Of a stretch of DNA of 54,250 nucleotides, positions 1-12,995 are shown in pieces. This stretch comes from Macrostomum lignano (lineage: Eukaryota). The stretch spans positions 1 through 54,250 of the forward strand of contig NIVC01004221.1 in assembly GCA_002269645.1 (NCBI GenBank). The letters run 5' to 3'. The stretch's first letter is position 1. Every line of letters starts with the position of its first letter. The notes below the pieces were generated by a model that saw only the letters and a list, made by a program, of their open reading frames with translations, ran no database searches and was not told the DNA's origin. The position numbers and the translations under genes were made by a program.

Positions 1-2
1 TT

Positions 3-425
3 CTGACTGAGGAGCCCTCTCAACAGCATCTTCGCGAGAGCCCTGTTCCGACTGAGGAGCCCTCCCAACATCATCTTCGCGAGAGCCCTGTTTCGGCTGA
101 GGAGCCATCTCAACAGCATCTTCGCGAGAGCCCTGTTCCGACTGAGGAGCCCTCCCAACAGCATCTTCGCGAGAGTCCTGTTCCGATTGAGGAGCCATCT
201 CAACAGCATCTTCGCGAGAGCCCTGTTCCGACTGAGGAGCCCTCCCAACAGCATCTTCGCGAGAGTCCTGTTCCGATTGAGGAGCCATCTCAACAGCATC
301 TTCGCAAGAGCCCTGTTCCGATTGAGGTGCCATCTCAACAGCATCTTCGCGAGAGCCCTGTTCCGATTGAGGAGCCCTCCCAACAGCATCTTCGCGAGAG
401 CCCAGTTTCGGCTGAGGAGCCCCCT
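3..425 (+). repeat. Coding 45-bp tandem repeat (15-aa unit PTEEPSQQHLRESPV), at least 9 copies, truncated by the window start
   Basis: Unit actgaggagccctctcaacagcatcttcgcgagagccctgttccg repeats in frame with synonymous and conservative variants. Confidence 0.95.
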
Positions 426-3400
426 GAACAAACGGTTGAACAGCGTCTTGGCAAGAGTCCTCTTCCACTATCTGATGACAAAACGACACCTGAGCAGGAA
501 GCTACAACGATCCCTAAGGCACAAACTCCATCAGAAAGGTCAGAACCAGCTCTTCATTCAACTGAGACACTTTTGTCATGCATACCTAAAGACCAGATTT
601 CACACGCATCCGATCAGACGCGCACTGTTTTTGGAAAGGAAGCTTTTCCTCTTGTCCAAGGGGACCAGAGTACTACTGGTGCGACTGAATCAGAGCCGAA
701 GCAGCATGTCGCTCATCATATGCATCCAGTGTTTCAAAATTTGGAAAAAGATGAGCCAACAAGCCCTAGTCCACCTTCACCGACCTCTGTGCTTGAGAAC
801 CCAACACCAGAGTCGTGCGAATCTGTAATTAAAAAACCACCAAGAGACTTGGAATTGGCCCTCGAATCGGGAAAAAGCACCAGCGAGGAAACTGCTGAAG
901 CTATCGCTGCAGCAACCCCATCAGAGGAGAGCTATGGGCATTCAGGTCCGCCTTCGGCTGCTGAGACGCCAGACGATCAGGGCTGTCAGTTTCCAATCGA
1001 ACCAGAGAATAGCCCAGTATCTGACGACGAAGTTGTCGACCACAAGCCCAGTTGGAAGGAGCCTATTGCTGAAGAAGAGGAAGAAGCGTCTGAAGTATCG
1101 TCCGACCGTAATGCTCAGGCTTTTGATCCACAAAATATGCTGGACTCTTGTACAACATTGGAGGGCTTCGACATGCCATCGGACGATAGCCGAGCACTAC
1201 CAAGAGACATCTCTTCGTTGAGCCAAGATACATCTCGATCTAGTGACCAACCGAGCTCTGGAATTAGTGTTCAGGACCACGTAGTTGGGCCATCAACTAC
1301 AGAGGATAGTCACAGCCAAGATGACAGTGGTTTTATATTGATTATGGAACCTGAAGACGCAGCTCACGCGAAAGCATTACCCTCAGAAGAACAGCATCAG
1401 CAGAAGGGAAGTCATCGCGAAGACGAAGGTACTGATGCTTCGGCATCGATTACCAGTGATGTAGCGTCTACACTTGCGGGGCATGATACAATGCATAGTT
1501 CTGAGTGTGAGGAGGCGGAGGTTCTTGAGCCGGAAGGACTTTTAGAGACGCCGGAGGCATTGCGGCCAGGAATTGCAGCCCTTAGACAAGCCGAGGTTCT
1601 AACCGGATTCGCATCATGGACCTCATCACGTCAACAGTCTTCAGATCTGCCCAGCTTTGGACCGACTGATACTGACGCTGAGGCCGAGCTTGAGCAGCTG
1701 AGTGATTTTCCATCACGTCCGAGGTCTCCGAGTCCGGATGACTCCCTGTTGAAGATGGACTTGCAGAGAAAACTGCGTTTTGCATCGAGACCAGGATATG
1801 AAGAAATTGATCTTCCTGATGAGCCACAACCTATCGCTGATAAATTATCCTTGGATGAAAAAGAGTTTAAGCCCTTTGCTGAGCGGATTGTTATGAGCGC
1901 TATATTTGGCGCAGCAGAACAGATCGAGTCCGAAGAGTTTGAACGGTCGGCTCAGGAAACGCTGGATCAATCGTTACACGAAGAGGAACTGGCCATCGAC
2001 TTTGAAAATGAAGCAGTGAAGATAATGAAAGGAGATATTGTCGACACTCCTGAGCTGGAAGAGAAGGCATTGGAAGCTGAGCTATCAGCTGAGAAGCACT
2101 TGCTGGAAATGGAGGGCGAACTTTTGGAAGGAGAGGATTTTGGTCCCGAGTTCGACGATAGGGATGATCCTAACATTCTAGATGAGCCCGGCTCATCCGC
2201 CGAGTCGTTGACAGAACAGGAAGAATCCTACGTGTACTTGACAACAAGGGAATTGAGAAGGTTCTCATTGAGGACAACATACTCTCACCAATTATTGAGC
2301 TCAAGGAAACACCTGAGAGCTCCCCCGAAACGGATGCAGATAAAAAAGAGGAGGAAAAACAAAGTGCATCCAAAGCAAGAACGTCGCAGATTCCTCGCCC
2401 ACTAGTGCCAAGATCGGCTCCGAAAGTAGGCTTCGAGATCGTAGCCGAGGAAGAGCAGCAGGAGTTTTCCGAGATTTCAGAACCATCTAGTGTTTCGAGT
2501 CAAACAACTGTTGTTCCGAAGCATGACCGATTTCCGGAATTAATGACGCAGTCATGCAGCTCGGATGCAACAACAGCCCAAGACCCGATGCTATCCGAGT
2601 TTTCAACATCAAAAGACTCTCTAGAAGACTATGAGCTGATTTCAGGCACTGATGAAGCAGGTAAGGTGAGTTCGGCACCCTCCGACAGCAGTCTTCATTC
2701 CGAGCCGATACGACTGAGGAAGAAGAGCCCGAGCAGCAATGCATCGCTCCCTCAGACAGGCCAAGCAAGGTCTGCTGATGATCAGTCAACTTCGTCCTCG
2801 ATTCCATCATCTTTGGCCGAGTTTGAACGGTTAGAGAATGAGATATCTCAACAGGCAAGCGAATCATCTTTGAAAAAGTCATCCTCAAGCGGCGAGGGTG
2901 TCAATCAGGGTCCCAGGTCCGTCAGCTCGTCTTTAGTAGAGTTTGAGCGCCTTGAACGGGAGTGTGAGTCAGTTGGCTCGCCAGGCGATTTTTGGCGCCA
3001 GCCGCTTCCTGAAAGCCCGCTAGAGGAGGCTGGAGCACTCGACTCGTCGAAGTCTTCATCATTAGCCGAATTTGAAAAGCTTGAACAATCGGCTGGGATG
3101 ATGAGCTATTCTCGGAAGCATCAAAGATTGCACAAGCTTTGGAAGCTGGTCAACTGCCTACAGGTGAGCTCTCGCCGGATTCTGTGGTGCAAGAAAAGGA
3201 CGCCTCACCTACAGCGCCAGGTGCGGGCGCTGAAGCCGTTACTAGCTCTCCAGCAGCGGCAGCTCCATCGACTCCTTCTCCAGCCGTGGAACAGCCAAGC
3301 AGCAGTTACAGGCGCATCCAGGAGATTCTTACTTCAGCTCGCGGGTCGGATGACAGCCTCCAGCCGCAGGGCCAACATCTACCAGCAGCTGTTGCACCTC

Positions 3401-3723
3401 CTACAGAGAGCGCCGAAGAAGATCGTCAAGATGCTGACAGTCTCGACGGAGCAGACGACGATGAGGACGCGTCATCGGTGCGACAGTCGTCGGTGCGGCA
3501 GTCTCAGGCTGCGGGTGTTGCCGGCCAACCAGAGGTTGGCCTACTGGACACAAGCATGGACTCATCTGTAATGGCGGCCAGTGATATTGATTCTCTGTCT
3601 GACGCGCACATGGCTGCCAGTGTCGATAGCATTGAGCCGCTGGCTCGAGACCCGGAACCGGCGCCTGCGGTGATGCAGGCGTCAACTGATAGTCTGGACA
3701 ACGCCGCAGCTGGTCAGCGGTAG
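3..3723 (+). CDS. 3' part of a very large single exon encoding an acidic, Ser/Glu/Pro-rich low-complexity protein (begins before the window); possibly a giant-ankyrin-type terminal exon
   Basis: Frame 3 is open from base 3 to about 2235, continues in frame 2 (DNKGIEKVLIEDNILSPIIELKE...) to about 3097, then in frame 1 (DDELFSEASKIAQALEAGQ...) to TAG at 3721-3723, i.e. two -1 shifts. It contains three SSL(A/V)EFE(R/K)LE motifs and C-terminal M-x-x-S-x-DS(L/I) motifs. Coding status is well supported; the ankyrin identity is from recollection only. Confidence 0.7.
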
Positions 3724-5291
3724 CCAGTGCGAGTCTCTGCATCCCCCTCCACGTCCCACTCTTCCGCCTCCCCAGCCCATTGATCCCTGTCCCACCTATG
3801 CCCCTAGCCTCGACTCGCTCTCAGCTATTCTCCATTCTCGAAACATTCGGTCAGCTTGACATACTCAGTCAGGTACCCGTTGATAGATATTGAATTTTCG
3901 TTTATATATGTGTGTTTATTTTTGCCGTGCTTCTTTCCTCGCACTTATCCGTCTTTGTTTTACTCGTAGTTAGCTTGTCGAATCATAGCCTTTCTGTTTT
4001 GCTTTTTTATTTCCTTCGCACTGCCTACGCCTGTTGTTGTATTGAGAAGCTTATTCCGTTTTCAGTTCACTTCGTTTCGTTTCAGTTTTCGATTATTTAG
4101 AATTGATTCGTAATCGCATCCAGGTGTGCACAGAGATCGCTATGTGTTTATTGCTAGATGTGCCTGCATTTCTATCCAAAATTGTATGTTGTTGCTCCTT
4201 TGTTTAATTCTCCTTTAGTATTTTAGTGTTGTTGTCTACCGTCTATGATTTTTTCAAGTGCCCCATCCAAATTGATGCTAAATAAGGTCGATAATTAGTC
4301 AAGGGAGAGCAGCTAACTCAATTAGATCAGCATATCACTCTCGCCACATAGGACATCATTCAGCATGCAGTCTATTGTCAGTGTCAGTTGTCAAAAATGT
4401 GTTGAGCCGAGGTCGCTTGGATCGTTATTGTAAGAAATTTTACTCTGCCTTCCTTTGAGCGCTGTGTCCTGTGGTCTCTTGACCTACTGACCTTAATTAC
4501 CGTTTCATTTCGCTACTGGAAAATTTCTTGCTTTCCATAAATCAGATTTCACCCAACGCCATTGTTGAACGCATTTGTTCTGTGCAGCTTAGTAGATTGA
4601 TGTAGCTTTGATTTGATTGAATTCTTCTATTCCTCCGACACCAACCACAGCTTCAATTTGCTTTAGTCTGCTTTCACTGCACTCGCCCTGGTTGCAGTAT
4701 GTTTGCTCTTTGTTGAACTACTTGTGGAAAGAAACACGTCAGATTATTGGCTTCTGTATGATTCTGTCTAGCTCTCTCTCTCCCCGTGTCTGTGTGGTCT
4801 CGGCAGTGCACAAGCGCAATACCTTCTCTCACTGGCTATACCCAAAACCTTTCTGATCCAGTTTCTCTTCCCATTGCCGTGTATCCCCTTGCCTCATCTG
4901 CATTTCCCACTCGAATCCAATCAGCCCCGGTCGCCGGTCCTGGCCAAGTGCTCTTTATGGCCTTGAATCTCTATTGGGCTTCGATGCCCACCTCCCGACA
5001 AGATCGAGCCGCGCTGCTGCATACTAAAAAAAAACAGCAGCTGCTCGCATTGCTTATTCGTCCCTCGTCGAGTCCTCCATCATCTCCTTATTGGGAAAGC
5101 TTTTGTAGATTCCAGGCGCCATCTAAGCAGGCGAGACGCAGCTTAACTCAGTCGAAGCACGTTTCTTCGCCAGATTCCTTGCCCTGAACTTTAATCTCGA
5201 CACGCGAGTGATCACCAGCGAGACAGCGGCTAATCCTGCGCCACCACTCCAGCTATAAGCTGTCCTCCAAACACTGGAGAAGAAGTGGAAA

Positions 5292-5848
5292 ATGTCGGAC
5301 AACATTGTTGCTGCTGCTGACAACTGTTCCGATAAGACAGAGGCTGAGACCTCAACGCCGGTGACCGGGCAAGCTGAGCCTCCAACACAGCTACCAGAGG
5401 CATTTTCTGTACATAAGCAGCAGGAACAGCAACAGTCAGAGCAGCAGGAGCAGCAAGGGGCTACCAGTTCATGCAGCAGCAGCAGCAGCAGTAGTACCAG
5501 CAGCACTAGAAAATTATGTCCTGGTGAGGTCCTGGTGTCCTGGTCCTGGCTGTTGCGTCCAAACACAGTGTGCAGTATTCTATGCCTATACACTTACAGT
5601 CAGAGAGGCTATGCTAAGATTAGAATTTCCCAGCGAGATTAGGCTAATCCGAGGTATCAGCACTGATGAGATTCGAAGCTAATGTCGAGTAATATAAATT
5701 AGTCAAGTCAAGCGATGAACTTTGGTTCTAAAAAGATAATTCATAATTTCAGATAAAAGATACATCAGCATGGATGAGGAGTACACGGTTGAAGTTGATC
5801 CTCGAGAGCACGACCACTTTCTTGCTCAAGGCATTCCCGAAGAGTACA
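5292..5848 (+). CDS. Putative two small coding exons (5292-5523 and 5753-5848) of an unidentified product; downstream exons not found
   Basis: ATG at 5292 opens a Q/S-rich ORF with a phase-1 donor CCTG|GTGAGG at 5524. Acceptor aatttcAG at 5752 gives in-frame DKRYISMDEEYTVEVDPREHDHFLAQGIPEEY, followed by a phase-1 donor |GTGAGT at 5849. Confidence 0.35.
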
Positions 5849-6714
5849 GTGAGTTCCGACCCCGCCCGAGGTCTCATTGGATTGGGGGGCATCAGTTTTA
5901 ATTAATTCCCGATTCCCACCGCGCTTTACTCTGCCGAGACCATACAGTCCAAACATTGTTGCATTGGATGCATACACAGGTTCTTAGCACTCCAATCTCG
6001 TCTCTCACTCTTTCATATCTTGTCTAAATCACCTAGAATGCATTTATAATAACGGCAGGTTGACAGCAGAGGGCCAAACAGATTCTTAGTGAGTTTCATA
6101 CAGTCTCAAGAGTCTCGCACGTGACATCCCGGGATTCATTTTTAGTGCTTTCAGCTACAAGCCTATCTACCGATTGCTAATGCTTTTCAGTTCTCAGTGT
6201 CTGTAGCATCAATGCCCGTTTTTTACGTTTTCACGGACAAAGAACTATTGGCATGATTCAATTACCGAGAATAGCACACTGCAGAATTGCCCGAACAATG
6301 AATTTCTGTAATTTTTCCTGTGTTTGTTCTAAAAAAGCTGTCACTCACGCAGCAACAATGCTTAAAAATTTGTGAGAATTTTTTGTTGTGCTGAGCTAAC
6401 CTATATGATTTTTATAACGCTCTGAATTTTGGAAAACTATCTGCATCATGCACGCACTAACTGGAAGATCTGGATTGCAGGCACAGGGATGCAAGTGCTG
6501 AATTTAAAACTCCTAATTGTACTTTTGCAGATGGCGCCAGTAACTAATGCTGAGTGTGCGTGAAGCTGGCAACTTCTGCATCAGTGAAGCTGTCTGCTTC
6601 TGAGCAGCTGATAGCAGGTGAGAGAAGCGTTGAATTTTACGAGCTAAATTGCTGTTGTCAGGCTCATTGATAATTCCATTTGGCAGCAGTAGATTTGGTC
6701 TTCCAAAAGTGGAT

Positions 6715-6716
<2 letters not shown>

Positions 6717-6760
<44 letters not shown>
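6717..6760. repeat. (AG)22 microsatellite
   Basis: Perfect AG dinucleotide run. Confidence 0.97.
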
Positions 6761-6762
<2 letters not shown>

Positions 6763-6868
6763 AAAAGTTGAGTTTTTCCGTCCATTTCAAATGTCTATGG
6801 GCCAAACCAAATCAACTGCTGCCAAATGGAAATTCTCAACTTAGTTGGCTGACAAAAGAAATTTAGTA

Positions 6869-7271
6869 TACCTTTTCACGATTCGTCAAAAGTGAGTTCA
6901 AATTCGTCATCGTATGCAAAACTATATAGCGCTCAAGGGGAAGAGAATGAGAGAATGATTGCATGCAGGCAATCAGTCGTCGGCTTGACGGGACTTTGTG
7001 CCCGTTACTGATTTAGTTACTGATAAAGACCTTTTGCGATTTTAAAAGTCTGTTTTCCTGTTCTGTTTGTTCTTTTGCTGTTGTGCTTTCATTGTTGACA
7101 GTACACACAGGTTGCACTGACGAATTTCACTTAGTTAAGACGAACTCAGAGTCACTTTCTCTAAAAACTTACCATAGACACTTATTCTCTTCCCCTTGAG
7201 CGCTATATAGTTTTGCATACTCTGACGACGAATTTGAACCCACTTTTGACGAATCCGAAGTTGAAAAGGTA
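6869..7271. mobile_element. About 400-bp MITE with about 80-bp terminal inverted repeats and TA target duplication (Tc1/mariner-like, non-autonomous)
   Basis: Left arm TA|taccttttca...gtatgcaaaactatatagcgctcaaggggaagagaat (6869-6949) is the reverse complement of the right arm attctcttccccttgagcgctatatagttttgcatac...tgaaaaggta|TA (7185-7271). Confidence 0.8.
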
Positions 7272-10156
7272 TATTTGATTCCCTTCTACAGTGGTTTCAT
7301 GTGGGTGCATGGGTTTCTCGGCATTTTTAGCAGCTAGCTCTGAACTACAGGTAACTTTGTCACCAATTTCAGATTCATTCAACAGCTGTCGTCGTTAATT
7401 AATTGAGTATCTACCAAAAGCTTAAGCTTAGACTTTAATGCTAAAATTACGAGTACCTTGCTTATTATATTGTTCCGTGTTTTTAAATTTCCCGCGGTAG
7501 GCTCGCTTCTGTTAAAACTACAACACTAAAACGCTAATCCTTTAACAAGTGCTTCTACTCGCCGTCGAAGAATTGGAACGGGCAGATCGAGTTTCGAACT
7601 TCGACGACAAAAAAACGGATAAATTAAGTAATCGAAATAAAATCTCCCTTTCCAATTCCTTAGACTCGAGTCGCTTTCGTCTAATTTCTAAACGCGTTAA
7701 AATGTTCGATTTCTTGAAAATTATATAGGGTATATACATAAGTTGGTTGTTTTCTCAACTGCAAAGCACTGTCTCTTAACCATTTATTTTAATTTAGGGT
7801 CCAAAAATAACCGTTTATGGAAATTTAAAAAAAATAAAAAAACATTTCTATCAATCAAACCTATAAAAATGAAATCAAAAGCTATTCTAGCTATTTTTAG
7901 CATTAATTAATGAGCCCCAAATTGCTTTTGGCTTTGTAGTATATATACATAGCTCAGCTGCTGATGTTTTGATTGATTAAAATGGATTTTTGCTGAATTC
8001 TGCCCTACTCTACTAGCCGAACGCATATTAAGGCTTATTCCTGCTTTGTCCCAAAAAGCGAATGTGTTTAAAACTACTAGAAACAGTTACTAGCAACAAT
8101 CGAACAGGTGAAATAGTAACACCTTTTCGATGGCGACTCACATGGCGGTCTTTAAGAATAGTTTGTTTAACTATACCCGTGCAATTCAAATCCGCTCCAA
8201 AGATTGACATTTGTAAAAATCATTAAACACCCTTTAAACTATCTAAATATTTTTTTAAACCCCTTAAGCCCAATACTTACGAGTAAATAGTATAAGCAGT
8301 TTTCTGATTTAATAAATCATATTAGGCCAGTGTTTAAAATATAGTTTTTAGGGTGTTTAACGATTGTTGAATGTACTTTGGCGCGAATTTGAATTGAATT
8401 TAGTGAACGATTCTTGAAGATTGCCTTGCCACTTACGCGTATTATAAATTTCAACTGCAACCGTTCGAAATTAGTTTTTTCATGTTCACTTGTGTGTTTA
8501 TAGAATTTATAGGCTGGTTTATACAAATATTTATGCAATTGCCGCTATTTATTGTCAGTGAACTTGTAAAAATCAGATTTTCAAATTTTCCCTACAAAAA
8601 ATTTAAATTGTTAGAAATTTTCTCGTCGCCATATACAAACACAGCTCGACTTTGTTATTGTTAATTGTTTTCATCGGAATTAACAGCAAATTGTTTAAAT
8701 TTCATTATTCTTGTTTAAAATTGATTTTTTAATAATTTATATTTATATGTACTCCTAAACGATCTAAATCAGAGACCTTCTAGTGGCGGGATCTTGCTCT
8801 TTGCGACCTTCTCCCTGCTTCTCCGTCAAACCATTTCTGGAAGCTTACTTAACTCATATATACACCCTTGCATATTCTCGACTGTGCGAGATTTAACCTG
8901 CTAATTAAAGCGACAATTTCCGCTTTAGTTATACCAGTTTTTAAAAAAAGTGTATTAATTAGCTGTTGAAAGTAAATTGCTTACTTTTTACTTTTTTAAA
9001 AGTAAAATAAATTATATGCATACTAGTGCACTCTAACAATCCCCCTTTGTCATCGAAATTAAGCCTGCAAAACAACGCGTTACCTTGCTACACATGTACT
9101 TTTAATTAACTAGATTTATTTACCAATTTTCACCCAGAAAACCTACTAGAAAAAAGTCACATTTTACGATCACTTAGCTTCAGTTCATAAAATAGCATGG
9201 ATTGCAATTAAGTACATTAAAACATGCATTAATTAAGTGAATTAATGCTTCATATGCGCGCGCCGGACTACAAAAATCGTGTGCTATGTACCATATGGCT
9301 TCTGCTTCTTTAGCCAAACGCACTTCAGTAAAGAGGGTACATGTATAATGGACTAATAGCTCGTAGATCGATCGTCGAGGACAGAGTTTGATTGCTTAAA
9401 TTATTCCCATGTTGGAAATAAAAAATCAATGATCTGTAGCTATAGTGTGCACCACTAAATAGTTTATTCTGATATTAATGGAGATTAAAACGGTCGTCAA
9501 GCAGATGCTCTATGTGGCTACGTGCGGGACTTTCCAGAGAAGATTTAGCAAGACGTAACATACAGTGCATGTGTAATAATTATTAACTTTTGATGAGGAC
9601 GCACTTTTTTTCCAAATTTCACGCTCGCACATGGGTTCCAAACTTGCTAGCCTACTAACAGAAAGCTATGGGCGTTTTTCTCCCTCTTTTGCAATTTTTC
9701 TAGAATTCATACTAGTGGGACTTCTGTAGCTATATTAATCTGCCATACTTGTAGTTATAATAACATAGGCGCGGTTTTTTGCTGCTTTTGGGTCATAAAT
9801 CATTGCGTCTGAGCTGGTCTGACAGCCACCTGCGCCTCACTCAGTGCTGGGGCTGGCACCAGATGGTCTGAGAGGAATCGAATGATAGCTTTTTTCTCAT
9901 CATTTTGACAGGCCATCAAGATTTATGAGGTCAGGGCCTATATTGTTCGGGTTCACTCAAGCGTGTGACAGCTTTGACAGCTATGCGTTTTACCCCTAAA
10001 AGTAGGTTGGGATTAGCGATTAGCGATTTCTCTTCATTATCTTCACTTTCTACTTAATAAGAGCGTTCTAATGTATTTTTTCATTAATTTTTGTCAATTC
10101 TACGCGAAAAGTCATAAATCATTTTTTTGCGATTTTGATTGATTTATGGCTGCACC

Positions 10157-10823
10157 TGTCATATTTTTACGACTCCGAGGGAACTGATAGGATCTCCCGG
10201 TCACGTTACTTTGGGTGGCAACAAGCTCAGCCAATCATAAAATTCGACGCTCATTTTAACAAATCGGCTCAGCCAATCAGAATCGACGTGTTCCATTATA
10301 ACAAACTGCGGTCCAGTTGGCGGCTTTTTAAACCAGTGTTTTTGCTCGGACTAACCCTTGCTGGAGACCGGCCAGGAACTTGCTCTCTCTCTGGCCCGAC
10401 CGTCGTTTCTTGATCCCCGGATTGCGACTCCCCCCATCATCATCAAGGACGAATTCCCCCGGTCATCAGCAGTGAACATCAAAGTTAAGAGCATCACCTG
10501 CTAGCTATCTGCGAAGGTTGTGACATCAGCATCACCCCGGGTCTACAGCTGCGAAGCACTAAGCCGATTCGGTCACTGTGGATTACCTGGTCTCCGGCTG
10601 TTGAGTTTCTGATTGGTTGGGTGAGAGGCTACCTAGACTTGCTTGATTGGGTGATTCCTTATCTGTCCCCTATTTCAGTAGCTGGATTAAGCGCACACTT
10701 TTGCTCATTTTGTTCAGTAGTGCTGTTACTGAGGCAGAAATCATTCAATTATACTGCTAGTAGTCTGAAACTCCAATTTAATCTGAGGTGTGAAGTGATT
10801 CAAGTAGAAGGTTAAATCTGACA
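10157..10823. mobile_element. Candidate solo LTR (667 bp)
   Basis: Termini TGTCATATTT...AAATCTGACA are inverted (9/10 match) and of TG..CA type. It is GC-richer than its flanks and carries two cagccaatca CCAAT boxes. No TSD, PBS or PPT was found. Confidence 0.45.
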
Positions 10824-12394
10824 GTTATTTTTATCGGTTTTATTTCTTTGTTCGCCGATGGCTCAGATGAGTGGCTAAGCTAGTAGGCGCCGGTCATAGT
10901 GGACCAATGGCAAGGCAGTTCTCAGTCGATCAATCTATCGAATCAGTTAGCGAAACTGCCAGTAGTGCAGAATCGGCGCCAGAAATGACGTACTTTGTGC
11001 ACTCTAGGTTCGCCAAGCGGCTCGCGTGATGAATCATGCGGTCTCTGAGGTTCGAGTTAGCCTCATCAGCGCCAGGAGAGGCTGGTTGGCGCGTTGAAGG
11101 CCAAAAGTACAATTCCTCGTATTTAGCAATGTAATAGTACATGTAGCTACCCCATAGTCTCGCCACTGCAAGAATCCCCTGCACATGTCCCCTCTGTATC
11201 TGCATGGCCAATGCGATCAAGTCCCAGCGTACTGTCCCTTAACATCGGCTATGACTTCGAGATTGACAGCAAAAAGACACTAGTTGGCAGGTAAGTGCTA
11301 AGCCCCCTCTAGTCGGAAGCCCGATTTCGAAAGTCCCGGTCTGGTGAGCCAGGACGCACGGGCTGGTGGCAGCGGGTCAGCTAATCTGCGGATTAGCTGA
11401 TCTCTACCTTCAAAATTCTCCCTGCTTGTCTCTCGCTGTCCCTCTCTGGACCTAGACTGCTCGCCACAAGATCAAGCTACCATGGGGCTGACCATCTGAC
11501 AGGAGTGGGGGGCCCGCAGGACTCTAATTGATTTATTTCTGAGACCTGAGACCCGAAGGCTTCCCGAAAGGGGCCGAAAAGGCCGAAACCCATCACATTG
11601 CCTTGCCTTCCCCAGGTGTGAGAGTTACATGTACGTTGCGCATTCGAAATACATGTATATGCACTGCAATTCGACACAAATGAATGCATTGGATATAATT
11701 TTCATAATTTTATGGGCCCTAGTTAATTGGTTTTCAAGAAATACACTCTTTATTCTATTCATCGGCTTATGATGTCCTCACGGCTTTGCATGACTATTAA
11801 AAACTTAGAGTTCCGAATTTATTAGTCTTGATGCAATAAATCACAACCTTGCGTACAGATTACGTCACTGCAGAACATGTACGGACATTTCGTCAAAAGC
11901 ATTTTGTTAATAGCCCTGGAAATCTGCAGAAAACGCAAATACGAGCGTATATGCAGAAAGTTCAAGTAACCTCAAAAATTTTTATCAAAAATTTCTAAAA
12001 AAATTACAAATTGTTTCTTCTCTACGGCGTGTCTTAGCTGAAAAATATCGTTGATTTTGTTTTATTTTGATAATAATTTAACATTTGTTTGTTGACTAAT
12101 TTTTTTACTTTTCATATTACCGATTCCAGATCCAGAATCGGTTCGACGCTTTTCATCTTTTCATGTTGTCTGTTCCGTTTTCAGAATCGGTTCCAGAACC
12201 GTGATCTGATTCTGGAATTCGGTTCGAGAAATTTTCTCAATCCATTGTCGCTTTTCTATAGAAACAAAAAGACGAATTTGAAAAAATATTTCAACATTTC
12301 AAAAAGAATACTGCCTACTGGTTTCTCGATTTTCGATAAAAAAGTTTTTATCTTTTGAGGAGTAATATAATTAGACAGCAATAGAATAGAAAAA

Positions 12395-12995
12395 CTCGAC
12401 ACTTTTCATTTTCCTACCGATTCTGGTTCTGGAAGCGATCGTGAAAAGCCTAAAATTTTCTTGATCCGTTGTCATGTTTACTCTTTACCTAACACTAACA
12501 GTAAAATATATTTGAAATTGTCATTTTTTTATTATTGATATATGTCCTCTGTTCTCTGTTATTTGTCATATCCAAGACGAAGCAAAGTCAAGGAAAAAGA
12601 AAATAAGACTGACAAAGATAAAATGGGTTTGGAGCTTTTCATTTTCCTGCCAATTCTGGTTCTCAAACCAATCTTCATGAAAAGCCTATAAAAACTATAT
12701 CAAGGGCCTTTTCATATTGATATTCTAGTTCTAGAATCAGATCCAATTTGTAAAGTATAACCTTTTGTCTCCTAAACTAGAGGGATATAAGTACTATAAA
12801 TTTAGTTTTTTAATGAGAATACCAAGACAAGCAAGAGGAAAGTGAAAAATGTGCAAAGTGAGACTGTTAAAGCAGTCAATCTTTCATGACATGACATTCA
12901 ACAAAGTTAAATTTTAAATAGTTATTCTGATTTTTTCTCAAAAGATCTGAACCAATTCTAATTCTAGAATTAGTAATGTAAAAAGCCTATGTGAT
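12395..12995. repeat. Degenerate direct repeats with about 230-300 bp spacing (ttttcattttcct...attctggttct...gaaaagccta)
   Basis: The motif block recurs near 12405 and 12637, with a partial third copy near 12950-12990. Confidence 0.4.

Noticed and set aside
2228-3100. Programmed ribosomal frameshifting in the giant exon
   Set aside because: No X XXY YYZ slippery heptamer or obvious downstream structure; the homopolymer context and other indels in the window favour sequencing error.
5655-5695. Hammerhead-like CTGATGA-gattc-GAAG
   Set aside because: The core has GAAG instead of GAAA, and no stem I pairing could be built.
7328-7965. Possible degenerate inverted-repeat element (ttagcagctagct ... 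agctcagctgctga)
   Set aside because: The match is short and gapped in AT-rich DNA, with no TSD.
9030-9050. Minus-strand AAAGGGGGAT-TGTTAG resembling a polypurine tract plus LTR start
   Set aside because: No matching LTR end, second LTR or coding remnant found; too short to support.
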